64,000 nt of DNA from Longimicrobiales bacterium (GTDB taxonomy: Bacteria; Gemmatimonadota; Gemmatimonadetes; Longimicrobiales; Gaopeijiaceae), in NCBI GenBank assembly GCA_965204735.1, contig OZ242008.1, positions 480,001 through 544,000 of the forward strand, written 5' to 3'. Positions 21,101 to 28,535 of the stretch are shown piece by piece (within the stretch, counting starts at the first letter, position 1; every line of letters begins with the position of its first letter). Below the pieces are notes generated by a model, which saw nothing but the letters and a program-made list of their open reading frames with translations, was not told the origin of the DNA and searched no databases. Position numbers and translations under genes: made by a program.

Positions 21101-22092
21101 TACGCCTCCGCCGTGGCGTAGCGGCGAGCGTCCACGACCTTGGCCAACTCCTGGGTGGGCAGCAGGTGGCGGCGGATCAGCGCGTCGCCCAGAAAGGCGT
21201 CGATCGTTTGGCGCGCTTCGCCGACGATCGATTCCGCGTCGAACTCCTGGTCGAAGATGCGCGACGCGTACTCCCGAGGGTCGCCGCCCAGCGTCGCCGA
21301 CGTGCCGGCGCACACCAGCTTCTCCGCCGGCGTGCCCAGCCGCATTCGCAGGCGACGGATCAGGCACGCCAAATCCGTGCCCTGGGCGCCGTCGAAGGTG
21401 TGGAGCTCGTCCACGACCAGGTACCGCAGCGTGTCGGGCTGGTTGTGGCGCCAGAGCCGCCGGTCTCGGGGCCGGATCATCAGGTAGTCCAGCATCTTGT
21501 AGTTGGTGAGCAGGATGTCCGGCGGGCGTTCGCGCATCGCCTTGCGATCCGTGATCACGGTGTCCGGTCCCATCCGGTTGCGGGGCGACCCCACGGCTTG
21601 TCCGATGAAAAGCCCGGCCGTCACCCGGCCCCGCAGCGACGGCGTGTCGTGGACGATCCGCGCGATGCGCCGCGCCTGGTCCGACGCCAAGGCGTTCATG
21701 GGGTAGACGACGACCGCCTTGACGCCCGGCTTGCCCGCCTGCCGACGACAGTGCTCCAGCACCGGGTACAGGAAGCACTCGGTCTTACCGGAACCCGTCC
21801 CTGTTGCGATCACCGTGGAGCGCCCCGCGTCCGGCGACAGCCGCTCCATCGCCGCGCGCTGGTGCTTGTATGGCGTGAAACCCAGCGGGATGTGCGGGAA
21901 CGGCTCGCCGCCCTCCGCAGCATGCTCGAAGGGAAGCGCGATCGACAGGTACGGCCCCTTGGCCAAGTTGTCCGGGTCGGCCAGAAAGTCGTCCACGACC
22001 CCGGAGAGCTCGGGGTTGGAGGGTCCGAATCCGGTTTTGAGGAAGTCGTGGAGGGCGACGAGGGCTTCGGACGCGACGACGGTGGGGATCAT
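15196..22092 (-). CDS. Large SF2 DEAD/DEAH helicase with DUF1998 (YprA/Hrq1-like) Zn site and C-terminal nuclease-like domain, 2298 aa
   Basis: TGTGSGKT, VDELH, SAT, TPTLELGIDIG, QRTGRAGR; several CxxC pairs; YDTVPGGTG and CAC..DGCYRC (DUF1998); RPDF..VFLDGFEYH endonuclease-like motif. Confidence 0.92.
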   Translation of the reverse strand: MIPTVVASEALVALHDFLKTGFGPSNPELSGVVDDFLADPDNLAKGPYLSIALPFEHAAEGGEPFPHIPLGFTPYKHQRAAMERLSPDAGRSTVIATGTGSGKTECFLYPVLEHCRRQAGKPGVKAVVVYPMNALASDQARRIARIVHDTPSLRGRVTAGLFIGQAVGSPRNRMGPDTVITDRKAMRERPPDILLTNYKMLDYLMIRPRDRRLWRHNQPDTLRYLVVDELHTFDGAQGTDLACLIRRLRMRLGTPAEKLVCAGTSATLGGDPREYASRIFDQEFDAESIVGEARQTIDAFLGDALIRRHLLPTQELAKVVDARRYATAEAYLRAQHELFLGTPIEGDFKAAEWRVALGEGLRQHVVFVNLLRALDGRPQPLPELAKRLQGSLPVSNDKEALGVLNGLCALISASRRRPAPSDDGNEAPLPFLHVGVHLWVRELRRMVCSVGDSNVGDSYVGDKNGSRFRLRHSDDLKADELFVHLPLVQCRECRVTGWVTKLPATRGARPKVLSPRVKDGLKDIYGAFFGGDVDAVFLFPRAGADGPTSASESTDPGKAVRSLLCGTCGVLANDAGDRDEADDPADPSAHADSSKPNDICTCPGNALVKVYRPVVVTQRRASSRGAKPRLSKDCPYCNARDAMVVLGARAASLLAVALNQTVSSRHNDDPKVIAFSDNVQDAAHRAGFVSARTWSANMRAAIAQTVAAHDGSSLKELSEQVVARWRNHWRNASGDDDTTPDLARFVGEFIAPDRRWLNDFRKLEETGRLPRNSKLPALVERRMRWNTLAEFGQRSAIGRTLENTRTAAVGVDRATLDKACKTATVRLREELEDMRTAPGETARWLVLGIVRRMKDRGAILTDLTTGYLASGGNPFVLRSDNALPDFGTDRSTVPVFPGTKATGKSGVEALRGSGSKGKSWYQKWTRKVLDHADLALAVHDSDVVLEIVLRAMDAAGLVQKAEIGKGQHAWGLAPDRLYVATEVAEVRSGAGRPLVVPRREAKLWQGVPSLDLPAPGAYDRREVARPTWFGRLYRDMQVRRIVAAEHTALLPRKEREHLEKRFATKGYRPWSPNVLSATPTLELGIDIGDLSTVMLCSVPPEPANYVQRTGRAGRRDGNAFNLSLAAGRPHDLYYYEQPLDMLAGKVEPPGVFLNATAVLERQMIAYCLDSWAASGVDERAVPKTMREVLANVERKRLSRFPYPFFDFVGEHARELAASFLAAFDKDLSDANKKALSKFVLGDVPDSNTAEAGADAEAVAGSRLHRRPLVHRLLDRFAEVARERKSIRREAQALQRRAGALKRGPQDESTKAEINEVEGERRGLQGVLRKINDRETYNFLTDEGLVPNYAFPEKGVMLRSVILRKIDRGDGSDGKAGLRSDHEVFEYERPAAAALSELAPENSFYAGARRVNIDRVDLETSKLEQWRLCPACVYCERVDSVDGRTLCPRCGESRWGDVGQRREMLPLRMVHATTQDKKSRIGDENDQRQPRFYTRHLVADFDPDAARTAFVAAGTPFGFEYIPSATFREMNFGHHADQTEPTLVAGLQLPRGGFRICRRCGKVQPPSADNDATVHTRTCPLVRRRGGGSGADATAECIYLYREFESEAIRMLVPGVGGLTPDLNMHSFVAALDLGLRRKFGGEIGHLRTMECPYPIPETGRMRRYLLLYDTVPGGTGYLKDRMTDPDKLRSIFEAAQAALRECACVRDPEKDGCYRCVFAYRRSRDMPTTSRKAAERLVAATLERWSELEVVEGLTGVAANVLTESELEDRFVEALRQRAAKPSADGARAADGSAPADAPTVEVGSAQVRGKPGYALSVGGNKYLVEPQVDFDMGDGVAVPSRPDFAIWPERGPGAGPSERAGPSEGTRLPQGGPAVAVFLDGFEYHRDRTGDDSAKRMSLARAGFLVWSLTWDDLEGAFGGVPRAPNFLADHGTTQTAVQAALDKRWDAQWDTRELRSRLGAPSFDLLLHYLANPDTAKWRRAVFVELLGVFDQEQMTTPTLRARFDAAASDALPSQALEAVDDLAQPGQGREAMDDLAQPVVVGGFGPWVSGAGDGPSTAAARNTATPAAPRSAASLFAALPLAAVQDPDPAGVVVAVHFDDADAEANAGTETNADATAGSNAQNARTKQYRSDWNGVLRLFNILQFLPQAWWTTRTGVYSGLYPELAPTHVLHGRDGDFAKDDPHHGPDTETTQDDAHRFVAPQLRPLLRQLAGRDLPAPEPGHELADDAGKVVAHAELAWPGWRIAVLLPDQEHHRMHYERSGWQVLTAEPEGVAGALVDTLAQALAGSPRPHDR

Positions 22093-22105
22093 GGAGCGAG
22101 CTGCT

Positions 22106-23062
22106 TCATAGCGGCGCTCTTTTCCCCAGCAAGCCTTGCTTCCATAGTGCGCCCAGCGAGTCTCCGTGCTTGATCAGGTCGCGGAGCAGCTGGGACTCGC
22201 CCGCAGCGTGGGCGACGGAAAAGCCCTCGTTCTTGACCAGCCAGTATACTTCGTCAAGCTCCACGCCATCGAGAAAATCCGGCGAGTACGTTGATATGAA
22301 GACCTGCCCTCCGTTCCTTGCGTACAAGCGAAACTCTTCCGACAGCTCGCGCAACCGATCGGGATACGGCTGGCTCTCGGGCCTTTCCATGACTAGCAAC
22401 GGATGCGGCTTCGAGTCGTGTTTCGCGAACCAGGCTTCAACGCCCGAGCGAGCCTCCAACATGGGAGAATCCGATATGCGCCAGTTGTCGATCACGCGTC
22501 GAAGCTGGGCGACCACTCGAAACTTCTCGAGCTGGCCAAGGGCGGCGATCGCAAGGACATTGGGGCTTGTGAGCGTGTACTCTTCCCACTCCTGCTGAAC
22601 ACCTGTGCGGTCCCACTCCGCCTCGTTCGTGATGGCCTTGCCGGAGCCGCGACGGAAGTCGACGAAGTGCCATGGCCTATCGTACTCGCCTCTTCGACAG
22701 CGAAGCACTTCCCGGTCTACGACGGTTCCCTCGGATTCGTCGAGGCCCACGGACAGCATGTACGTTGCCTGTCGCCCCGTGCGCTCTCCAAACTTGATCT
22801 CGATCTCGATAGGACCGTTCTGGCCACGGCTCACGAGATTACGGAAGCCTCCACGCCAGGAAACAGCAAACTCGACACCGTGATTGAGCGCGTCTTGAAG
22901 GAACGAAAACACGTCGAAGAGCGTGCTCTTCCCGGTCCCGTTCGCACCGATGACGACCACTAGCCTTGGCAGGCCGGAGAGGGTGACATCCTTGAACAAG
23001 CGGTAGTTCTTGATGTCGATCTGTTTGATTCGCACTTTGGTTGCCCCTGTGTCTTCTATCAT
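22106..23062 (-). CDS. AAA_21/ABC-type ATPase, internally shortened, degenerate Walker B
   Basis: GANGTGKS. Walker B region reads LVMERPESQ; no signature motif visible; H-loop STYS. Start may be GTG 23035. Possibly a pseudogene. Confidence 0.7.
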   Translation of the reverse strand: MIEDTGATKVRIKQIDIKNYRLFKDVTLSGLPRLVVVIGANGTGKSTLFDVFSFLQDALNHGVEFAVSWRGGFRNLVSRGQNGPIEIEIKFGERTGRQATYMLSVGLDESEGTVVDREVLRCRRGEYDRPWHFVDFRRGSGKAITNEAEWDRTGVQQEWEEYTLTSPNVLAIAALGQLEKFRVVAQLRRVIDNWRISDSPMLEARSGVEAWFAKHDSKPHPLLVMERPESQPYPDRLRELSEEFRLYARNGGQVFISTYSPDFLDGVELDEVYWLVKNEGFSVAHAAGESQLLRDLIKHGDSLGALWKQGLLGKRAPL

Positions 23063-23238
23063 CGAACGGATCGTTCTGCCGCGCGACCTTGTGTGACCTC
23101 GGAACGCCGTCTGAAGGTGGGCATGACGACGGGCGTAGCGCAACCATGGAAGGATGGACAGGCTTGGAGCCAAGTCCCCGGGCGGTCCCGTCTGGGCAAC
23201 CCACTCGCATGGTCGGCTCTGCCCAAAATCCGACATGA

Positions 23239-23295
23239 GATTTCGGGGCCATAGAATGTCCAAGCCGATGTCCCATTTTTAGGTCACGAGTGTCC
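23239..23295. promoter_or_regulatory. Triple-TGTCC element, copy 2
   Basis: GATTTC 23239, AATGTCC 23255, TGTCCC 23269, TGTCC 23291. Confidence 0.6.
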
Positions 23296-23482
23296 AGTGA
23301 CCTTCGGGACCTTGGGCGGCTCCGGTCCCTGGTCCGCCAGATCGGCCCGGAGTACCCTGTTGACCGCCCCGTTACGTTCCTTCCCCGATCTTCCGACCGG
23401 CGCATGGCACGCTGGCCTCCTGGGTGTGTCCAGCTCCGCCCGGACGGAGCACGCAGCCAACCAAGCGAAGAGGCGGACACCC

Positions 23483-25678
23483 GTGGCCATCGCTATCATC
23501 CGCGGCACCAGCGACAAGCCAGCCACCAGCGACCTGCTGTGCGCGACGGTCGACAATTGGGCGCACGCCTGTCCCGTTGCGTCCGGCAAACTGTATATCG
23601 GCTACCCGGTCATACCGACTCCTGGCGGCCCAAGGCGGATCGACGCCCTCCTGGCCTCCGAGACCTACGGGCTTGTCGCGATCGACCTTGTTCAAGACGA
23701 CTGCATAGCGGGCTACCAAGCGAGACAGGACGACTTTGCGAACGCCATCCAGTCCAAGCTCTGGACCCAAAGCAACCTGGTACGGAGGAGCAACGGGCGA
23801 CGGGAGCTCGTAGTCCCGGTGCATTCAGTCTCGTTTGCTCCTGCTGTCTCCAAGCCGCCCGATGACGGAGACTACCCCGTCGTCGACGAGAGCACGTTGG
23901 GCGGCTTTCTCGACGCCCTCGACGGATCGGCCTCCGAGCGGGACGCGTCGTCCCGTCTTCGTCGCCGAGATGCGTTTGCATCCGCCGTCTCGCTGCTGGA
24001 GTCCATGTCGGCTGTTCGCCAGTCTCGCGTGTCCAGGCCGCCGACTACGCCGCAGTCCCGCGGTGCGAAGTTGCGCGATCTCGAACGGAAGGTGGCGATC
24101 CTTGACCACCAGCAGGCCCGGGCCGCGATCGAGATGGCCGACGGCGTGCAGCGGCTGAGGGGTCTGGCGGGATCGGGAAAGACCGTCGTCCTGGCCTGGA
24201 AGGCCGCTTATCTCCACGCCATGCATCCGGATTGGCGCATCGCCGTAACCTTCTCCACGCGTTCCGTGAAGGAGTCCTTCCGCCACCTTGTCGCCAGGTT
24301 CCACGTCTCCCAGACGACCGAGATCCCGGACTGGGACAAGCTTCGGATCGCACATGCATGGGGCGGTCGCGGAGGTCCCGAGGACAGTGGCATCTACCGA
24401 GACTTCTGCGTCGCAAACGGCGCGACGTACCTGGACTTCGCTGCCGCGAGTTCTCTGGCCGGGCCGTCAAGGGCGTTCCATGCAGCCTGTCGTCAAGCCC
24501 TTGAAGAAGTGGAGACGCCGAAAGCGTCGTTCGACGCCATTCTCATCGACGAGGCTCACGACCTGCCGCCCGAGTTCCTTGCCATCTGCTACCGTTCTCT
24601 GACGACGGAGAAGCGCTTGGTCTATGCCTACGATGAACTACAGAACTTGGGTTCCGCCCCTGTGAAGGCCCCTTGCGACATCTTCGGCCCTGACGTCCGT
24701 TGGGACGAGGACGTAGCCGAAAGCGACATCGTATTGCCCAGATGCTATCGCAACTCTCGGCCGATCCTGACGACTGCTCACACCCTCGGTTTCGGCATTC
24801 ACCGGAAGGCCGGCGACGGAGAGAGCAGCGGTCTTGTCCAGATGTTCGATGATGTTCGAATGTGGCGGGGCGTCGGCTACGAGGCGCCTGATGGCGCGAT
24901 TCGCGAGGGCGCGCCGGTCGTGCTCCGTCGGACGGACGTGACAAGCCCACGGTTTCTTGAGGATCATTCTCCTGTCGATGATCTCGTGGTGTTCAAGGCG
25001 TTCTCCGATGCCAATGAACAAGACCAATGGCTCGTGGAGCAGATTTGCAAGAACTTGAACCAGGAGGAACTGCGTCCCGAGGACATCGTTGTAGTCAATC
25101 CCGATCCGGCGTCGACGCTCAGGATGACGGCTTCGATCAGGGCAGGACTGCTCGAGAAGGGCATCCATAATCACCTAGCAGGCATGAGCGCGAAGGCCGA
25201 CGAGTTTCGCCGGGACGGCTCCGTGACCTTCACTGGAATACACGGTGCCAAAGGCCACGAAGCCGGAATGTTGTATGTCGTCAATGCGGACGCCTGCTAT
25301 TCTGCACCTCATGGTCTAGCCCGCTTGCGGAACGTGCTTTTCTCTGCGATAACAAGAAGCAAGGCATGGGTGCGCGTCTGCGGCGTCGGCGAACCCATGG
25401 AAGAACTGGCCAAGGAACACGCCTCGCTGAAAGACGATGACTACAAGCTCCGGTTTCGGTATCCGACAAAGGAGGAATTGACGATGATGAAATCGCTCCA
25501 TCAAGATAATCGCGGTGACGAGACCACATTGATCGACCATCACAAGACCAATCTGCGGCGATTGATGGACGATATCGAGAACAAGCAAGTGTATGTCGAG
25601 GACATCGCGGAACTCAAGCCGGCGTTGTGGCAGCTGTTGACCGTTAGAGAAGGAACGCGGCGCCGTGGCGATCGCTGA
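23483..25678 (+). CDS. SF1 helicase-like protein of a helicase + DUF2290 defence pair
   Basis: GLAGSGKT, IDEAHD, YDELQ, CYRN, AKGHEA, AITRSK. N-terminal IDALL nuclease-like segment. Overlaps the downstream gene. Confidence 0.85.
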   Translation: MAIAIIRGTSDKPATSDLLCATVDNWAHACPVASGKLYIGYPVIPTPGGPRRIDALLASETYGLVAIDLVQDDCIAGYQARQDDFANAIQSKLWTQSNLVRRSNGRRELVVPVHSVSFAPAVSKPPDDGDYPVVDESTLGGFLDALDGSASERDASSRLRRRDAFASAVSLLESMSAVRQSRVSRPPTTPQSRGAKLRDLERKVAILDHQQARAAIEMADGVQRLRGLAGSGKTVVLAWKAAYLHAMHPDWRIAVTFSTRSVKESFRHLVARFHVSQTTEIPDWDKLRIAHAWGGRGGPEDSGIYRDFCVANGATYLDFAAASSLAGPSRAFHAACRQALEEVETPKASFDAILIDEAHDLPPEFLAICYRSLTTEKRLVYAYDELQNLGSAPVKAPCDIFGPDVRWDEDVAESDIVLPRCYRNSRPILTTAHTLGFGIHRKAGDGESSGLVQMFDDVRMWRGVGYEAPDGAIREGAPVVLRRTDVTSPRFLEDHSPVDDLVVFKAFSDANEQDQWLVEQICKNLNQEELRPEDIVVVNPDPASTLRMTASIRAGLLEKGIHNHLAGMSAKADEFRRDGSVTFTGIHGAKGHEAGMLYVVNADACYSAPHGLARLRNVLFSAITRSKAWVRVCGVGEPMEELAKEHASLKDDDYKLRFRYPTKEELTMMKSLHQDNRGDETTLIDHHKTNLRRLMDDIENKQVYVEDIAELKPALWQLLTVREGTRRRGDR

Positions 25679-26327
25679 GGCCATTGCCGCCGAGATTCGC
25701 GGCCTGACGGTGCATCTGCTCGATGCGGCCATCACTCGGGACTACCACTGGCCGACGACGCGCCGACATAGGTCAATGGCGACCGTTTCGTTCGACAATG
25801 ACCAATATGTCGCTGACGCGATGAAGCTCGGAGCATACACGCGCGTGTATGCGCACCTTGCGGGCGGGCGCGCGTACAACATCATGATGCTCGACGGCGC
25901 CATCGTGCAGTTCATGTATCGATTCGAACGACGTCGCTTGACAGGCCATCGGTTGGCCTACTTGCCAGCGGCCGATGCCCGCCAACTGCATGACGTGTTC
26001 GGCAAGTATGGCGATGGTCACCTGGCGGCCGTCCCAGATCGACGCGCCGTTCCCGTGCCACTACGGGTCGACTACGACGTCAGCGATGGGCGCCACCGCC
26101 CACGGACTCATCCGAAGTGCCATCTGACGCTGGGCGAGCATCGGAGCTGTCGGATACCAGTCTCATCGCCGCTGACGCCATGCCGGTTTATGGACTTCCT
26201 TCTGCGAAACTTCTACGACGACGGAGAGCGGGGTTACGCAAACCACCTGCCGAAGAGCAGGTGTCAGTTCCTCGCGTCGATTCATACCGAAGAGAGGCAG
26301 ATCGTGCACGTGGTTGTTCCGGGGTAG
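25665..26327 (+). CDS. DUF2290-like protein
   Basis: DGAIVQFMY, HRLAY, RVDYD, HPKCHLTLG..CRIPVSSPLTP..F..F.LRNFY; coupled to the SF1 helicase. Confidence 0.8.
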   Translation: MAIAEAIAAEIRGLTVHLLDAAITRDYHWPTTRRHRSMATVSFDNDQYVADAMKLGAYTRVYAHLAGGRAYNIMMLDGAIVQFMYRFERRRLTGHRLAYLPAADARQLHDVFGKYGDGHLAAVPDRRAVPVPLRVDYDVSDGRHRPRTHPKCHLTLGEHRSCRIPVSSPLTPCRFMDFLLRNFYDDGERGYANHLPKSRCQFLASIHTEERQIVHVVVPG

Positions 26328-26443
26328 CATGCCGCCCGGGCGCAGGTCGAGTCGGTGAAGGCGTACCGCGCCTTCGTGGCCGGCGTGGTCGCTCGCCGCA
26401 ACGCCCGCGGGAGCTTTTCTCCCGACCCGGCGATCCGCGGCTC

Positions 26444-26471
26444 TTGACTCACGGGTCCACGAGGGTAGCTT
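26444..26471 (+). promoter_or_regulatory. Putative sigma70 promoter
   Basis: TTGACT-16 nt-TAGCTT about 105 nt upstream of ATG 26578. Confidence 0.4.
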
Positions 26472-26577
26472 ACTTGATTGATCGCTTGGTGGGCCGCCGC
26501 CCTTCCCTGCAAGGCGCGTGCGTCCACGACTCGACGCCACCACGTACGGGGCCGATCCGCCCGGGAGTTGCGCAACG

Positions 26578-27678
26578 ATGTTCACGAGGCTGTGGGTGGA
26601 CAACTACAAGAGTCTGGTCAACTTCGAACTCCGCCTGCGCGAGATGTCACTTCTTCTGGGGCCGAACGGGTCAGGTAAGACGTCCGTTCTGGACATGGTG
26701 CGTGCGTTGCGGCAGCTTCTGTCGGGAAAGGTGCGCGTCACGGATCCCGGCGTGTTTCCGACGCGCACCTTGACCCGCTGGGACAGCCGCGACCTTCAGG
26801 TTGCCGAGGTGGAGGTGGCGCTGGCGGACGAAGTGCTGCGATACCACCTGGAGATTGAGCATGAGCGGGCGACCAAGCGAGCCCGAATCCGTCTGGAAGA
26901 GCTTGTCGATGCAAGCGGCGATGCGCTGTTCAGGTGCGACATGGGCACCGTGCAGCTGTACCACGACGACGGCTCCGCGGGTGCCGAGTACCATGTGGAC
27001 TGGACGGAGTCCGCACTGGCCCGCGTGGCTCCGAGATCCGACAATCGGCGGCTGACGGCCTTCCTCGAGTTCTTCGGGCGAGTTGTAGTGTGCGGCCTGA
27101 TCCCGCCTGCATACCGTGCCGAGTCCGTCCGAGAGTCCGAGCAGCTCTCGCCGGACGGCCGCGACTTCGCCGATTGGTATCGGCACGCGATTCAGGAACA
27201 TCCCGATCGCGTACAGCCGTTCGTCGCAGATCTTCAGAACGCGATCGGCGGCTTCAGGGGAATTCGCTTGGAGAAGGTCGGGCAGGAGGCTCGTTCCGTG
27301 ATGATCATGCAGGAGAACAACGGCACGCGCTACGACATGCGGCTCGACGAGGCTTCCGACGGCGAGCGGGCGCTTGCGACGCTTTACGCCTTGTTGCACC
27401 TGGGGCAGGGAAGCACGCTGCTGCTGGACGTACCCGACAACTATGTCGGTCTACCCGAGATTCAACCCTGGCTGCTCGCCCTTTCCGACGCGTGCGGAAG
27501 CTCTGTGCCGCAAGCCGTTCTTTGCTCGCATCACCCCGAAGCGATCGACTACCTGGGAATTCACAGCGGCATCTTTCTGCGTCGTGAGAGTTCGGGCGTG
27601 ACCACTGCGCACTACGGGCTGCGACCGGGGGCGGCGAAGCCCGGTTTTAAGTTGTCGGAGCTGGTCGCAAGAGGATGA
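26578..27678 (+). CDS. AAA_21/ABC-type ATPase (no downstream partner gene present)
   Basis: GPNGSGKT, signature ASDGE, Walker B LLLDVPDN (E to V), H-loop CSHH. Stop overlaps the istB ATG. Confidence 0.8.
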   Translation: MFTRLWVDNYKSLVNFELRLREMSLLLGPNGSGKTSVLDMVRALRQLLSGKVRVTDPGVFPTRTLTRWDSRDLQVAEVEVALADEVLRYHLEIEHERATKRARIRLEELVDASGDALFRCDMGTVQLYHDDGSAGAEYHVDWTESALARVAPRSDNRRLTAFLEFFGRVVVCGLIPPAYRAESVRESEQLSPDGRDFADWYRHAIQEHPDRVQPFVADLQNAIGGFRGIRLEKVGQEARSVMIMQENNGTRYDMRLDEASDGERALATLYALLHLGQGSTLLLDVPDNYVGLPEIQPWLLALSDACGSSVPQAVLCSHHPEAIDYLGIHSGIFLRRESSGVTTAHYGLRPGAAKPGFKLSELVARG

Positions 27679-28472
27679 GCCCCAAGCAGCCCTTCGTCGT
27701 GGACGACGCCGAGGTGGACCGGATGCTCAAGGAACTGGGCATGCCCACCATGAAGGACATGTGGCGGCCGTTCGCCGACCGGGCACAGCGCGAAGGATGG
27801 TCCCACGACCGGTACCTGGCCGAGCTGGCCGAGCAGGAACTGGCCGACCGGGCGCACCGACGCTTCGAGCGCCACCGCGCCGAGGCCAAGCTGCCCCCCG
27901 GCAAGACGCTCGACAACTTCGACTTCGGCCGCCTGCCTGGACTGTCCGAGCCGCTCGTCCGCGTCCTCGCCAAGGGAGGCGACTGGATCGACGACGGCCA
28001 CAACATCGTCGTCCTCGGCCCGCCCGGCGCCGGCAAGAGCCATCTCGCCGCCGGGATCGGCCTCGCCCTCGTCGAGCGCGGCTACCGCGTCCTCTACGCC
28101 CGAGCCACCGACTTGGTGCAGAAGCTCCAGGCAGCGCGCCGCGACCTGGCCCTCGAAGCGGCGATCCGGCGGCTCCACAAGTTCCACCTCGTCATCCTCG
28201 ACGACATCACTTACGTCGACAAGGACCGCAACGAGACCAGCGCGCTCTACGAGCTTATCGGCACGCGCTACGAGTACCGCTCGCTCATGGTCACCACCAA
28301 CCAGCCGTTCAGCGCCTGGGAGCGCATCTTCGCCGACAAGGCCATGACGATCGCCGCCGTCGACCGTCTCGTCCACCACGCCCACATCCTCACCCTCGAA
28401 GGCGAGAGCTACCGCCGACAAGCCGCCTTCGAACGCGGCGCCAACGCCGCAGGAGCCGACGACAAGAAGTAG
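27675..28472 (+). mobile_element. istB: IS21-family helper ATPase IstB (orphan, no istA)
   Basis: KTLDNFDF, GPPGAGKSHLA, ILDDITY, TTNQPFSAW, AAVDRLVHHA, GESYR. Confidence 0.93.
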
Positions 28473-28535
28473 CCGCCCGGCTGCTCGGCACATCGCCCGC
28501 GCCGACGCCGGACGACCTGAGCGAACGGGAACGGC

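Noticed and set aside
15076..22173. 2365-aa plus-strand ORF
   Set aside because: Antisense shadow of the DUF1998 helicase with no motifs; typical of high-GC DNA.
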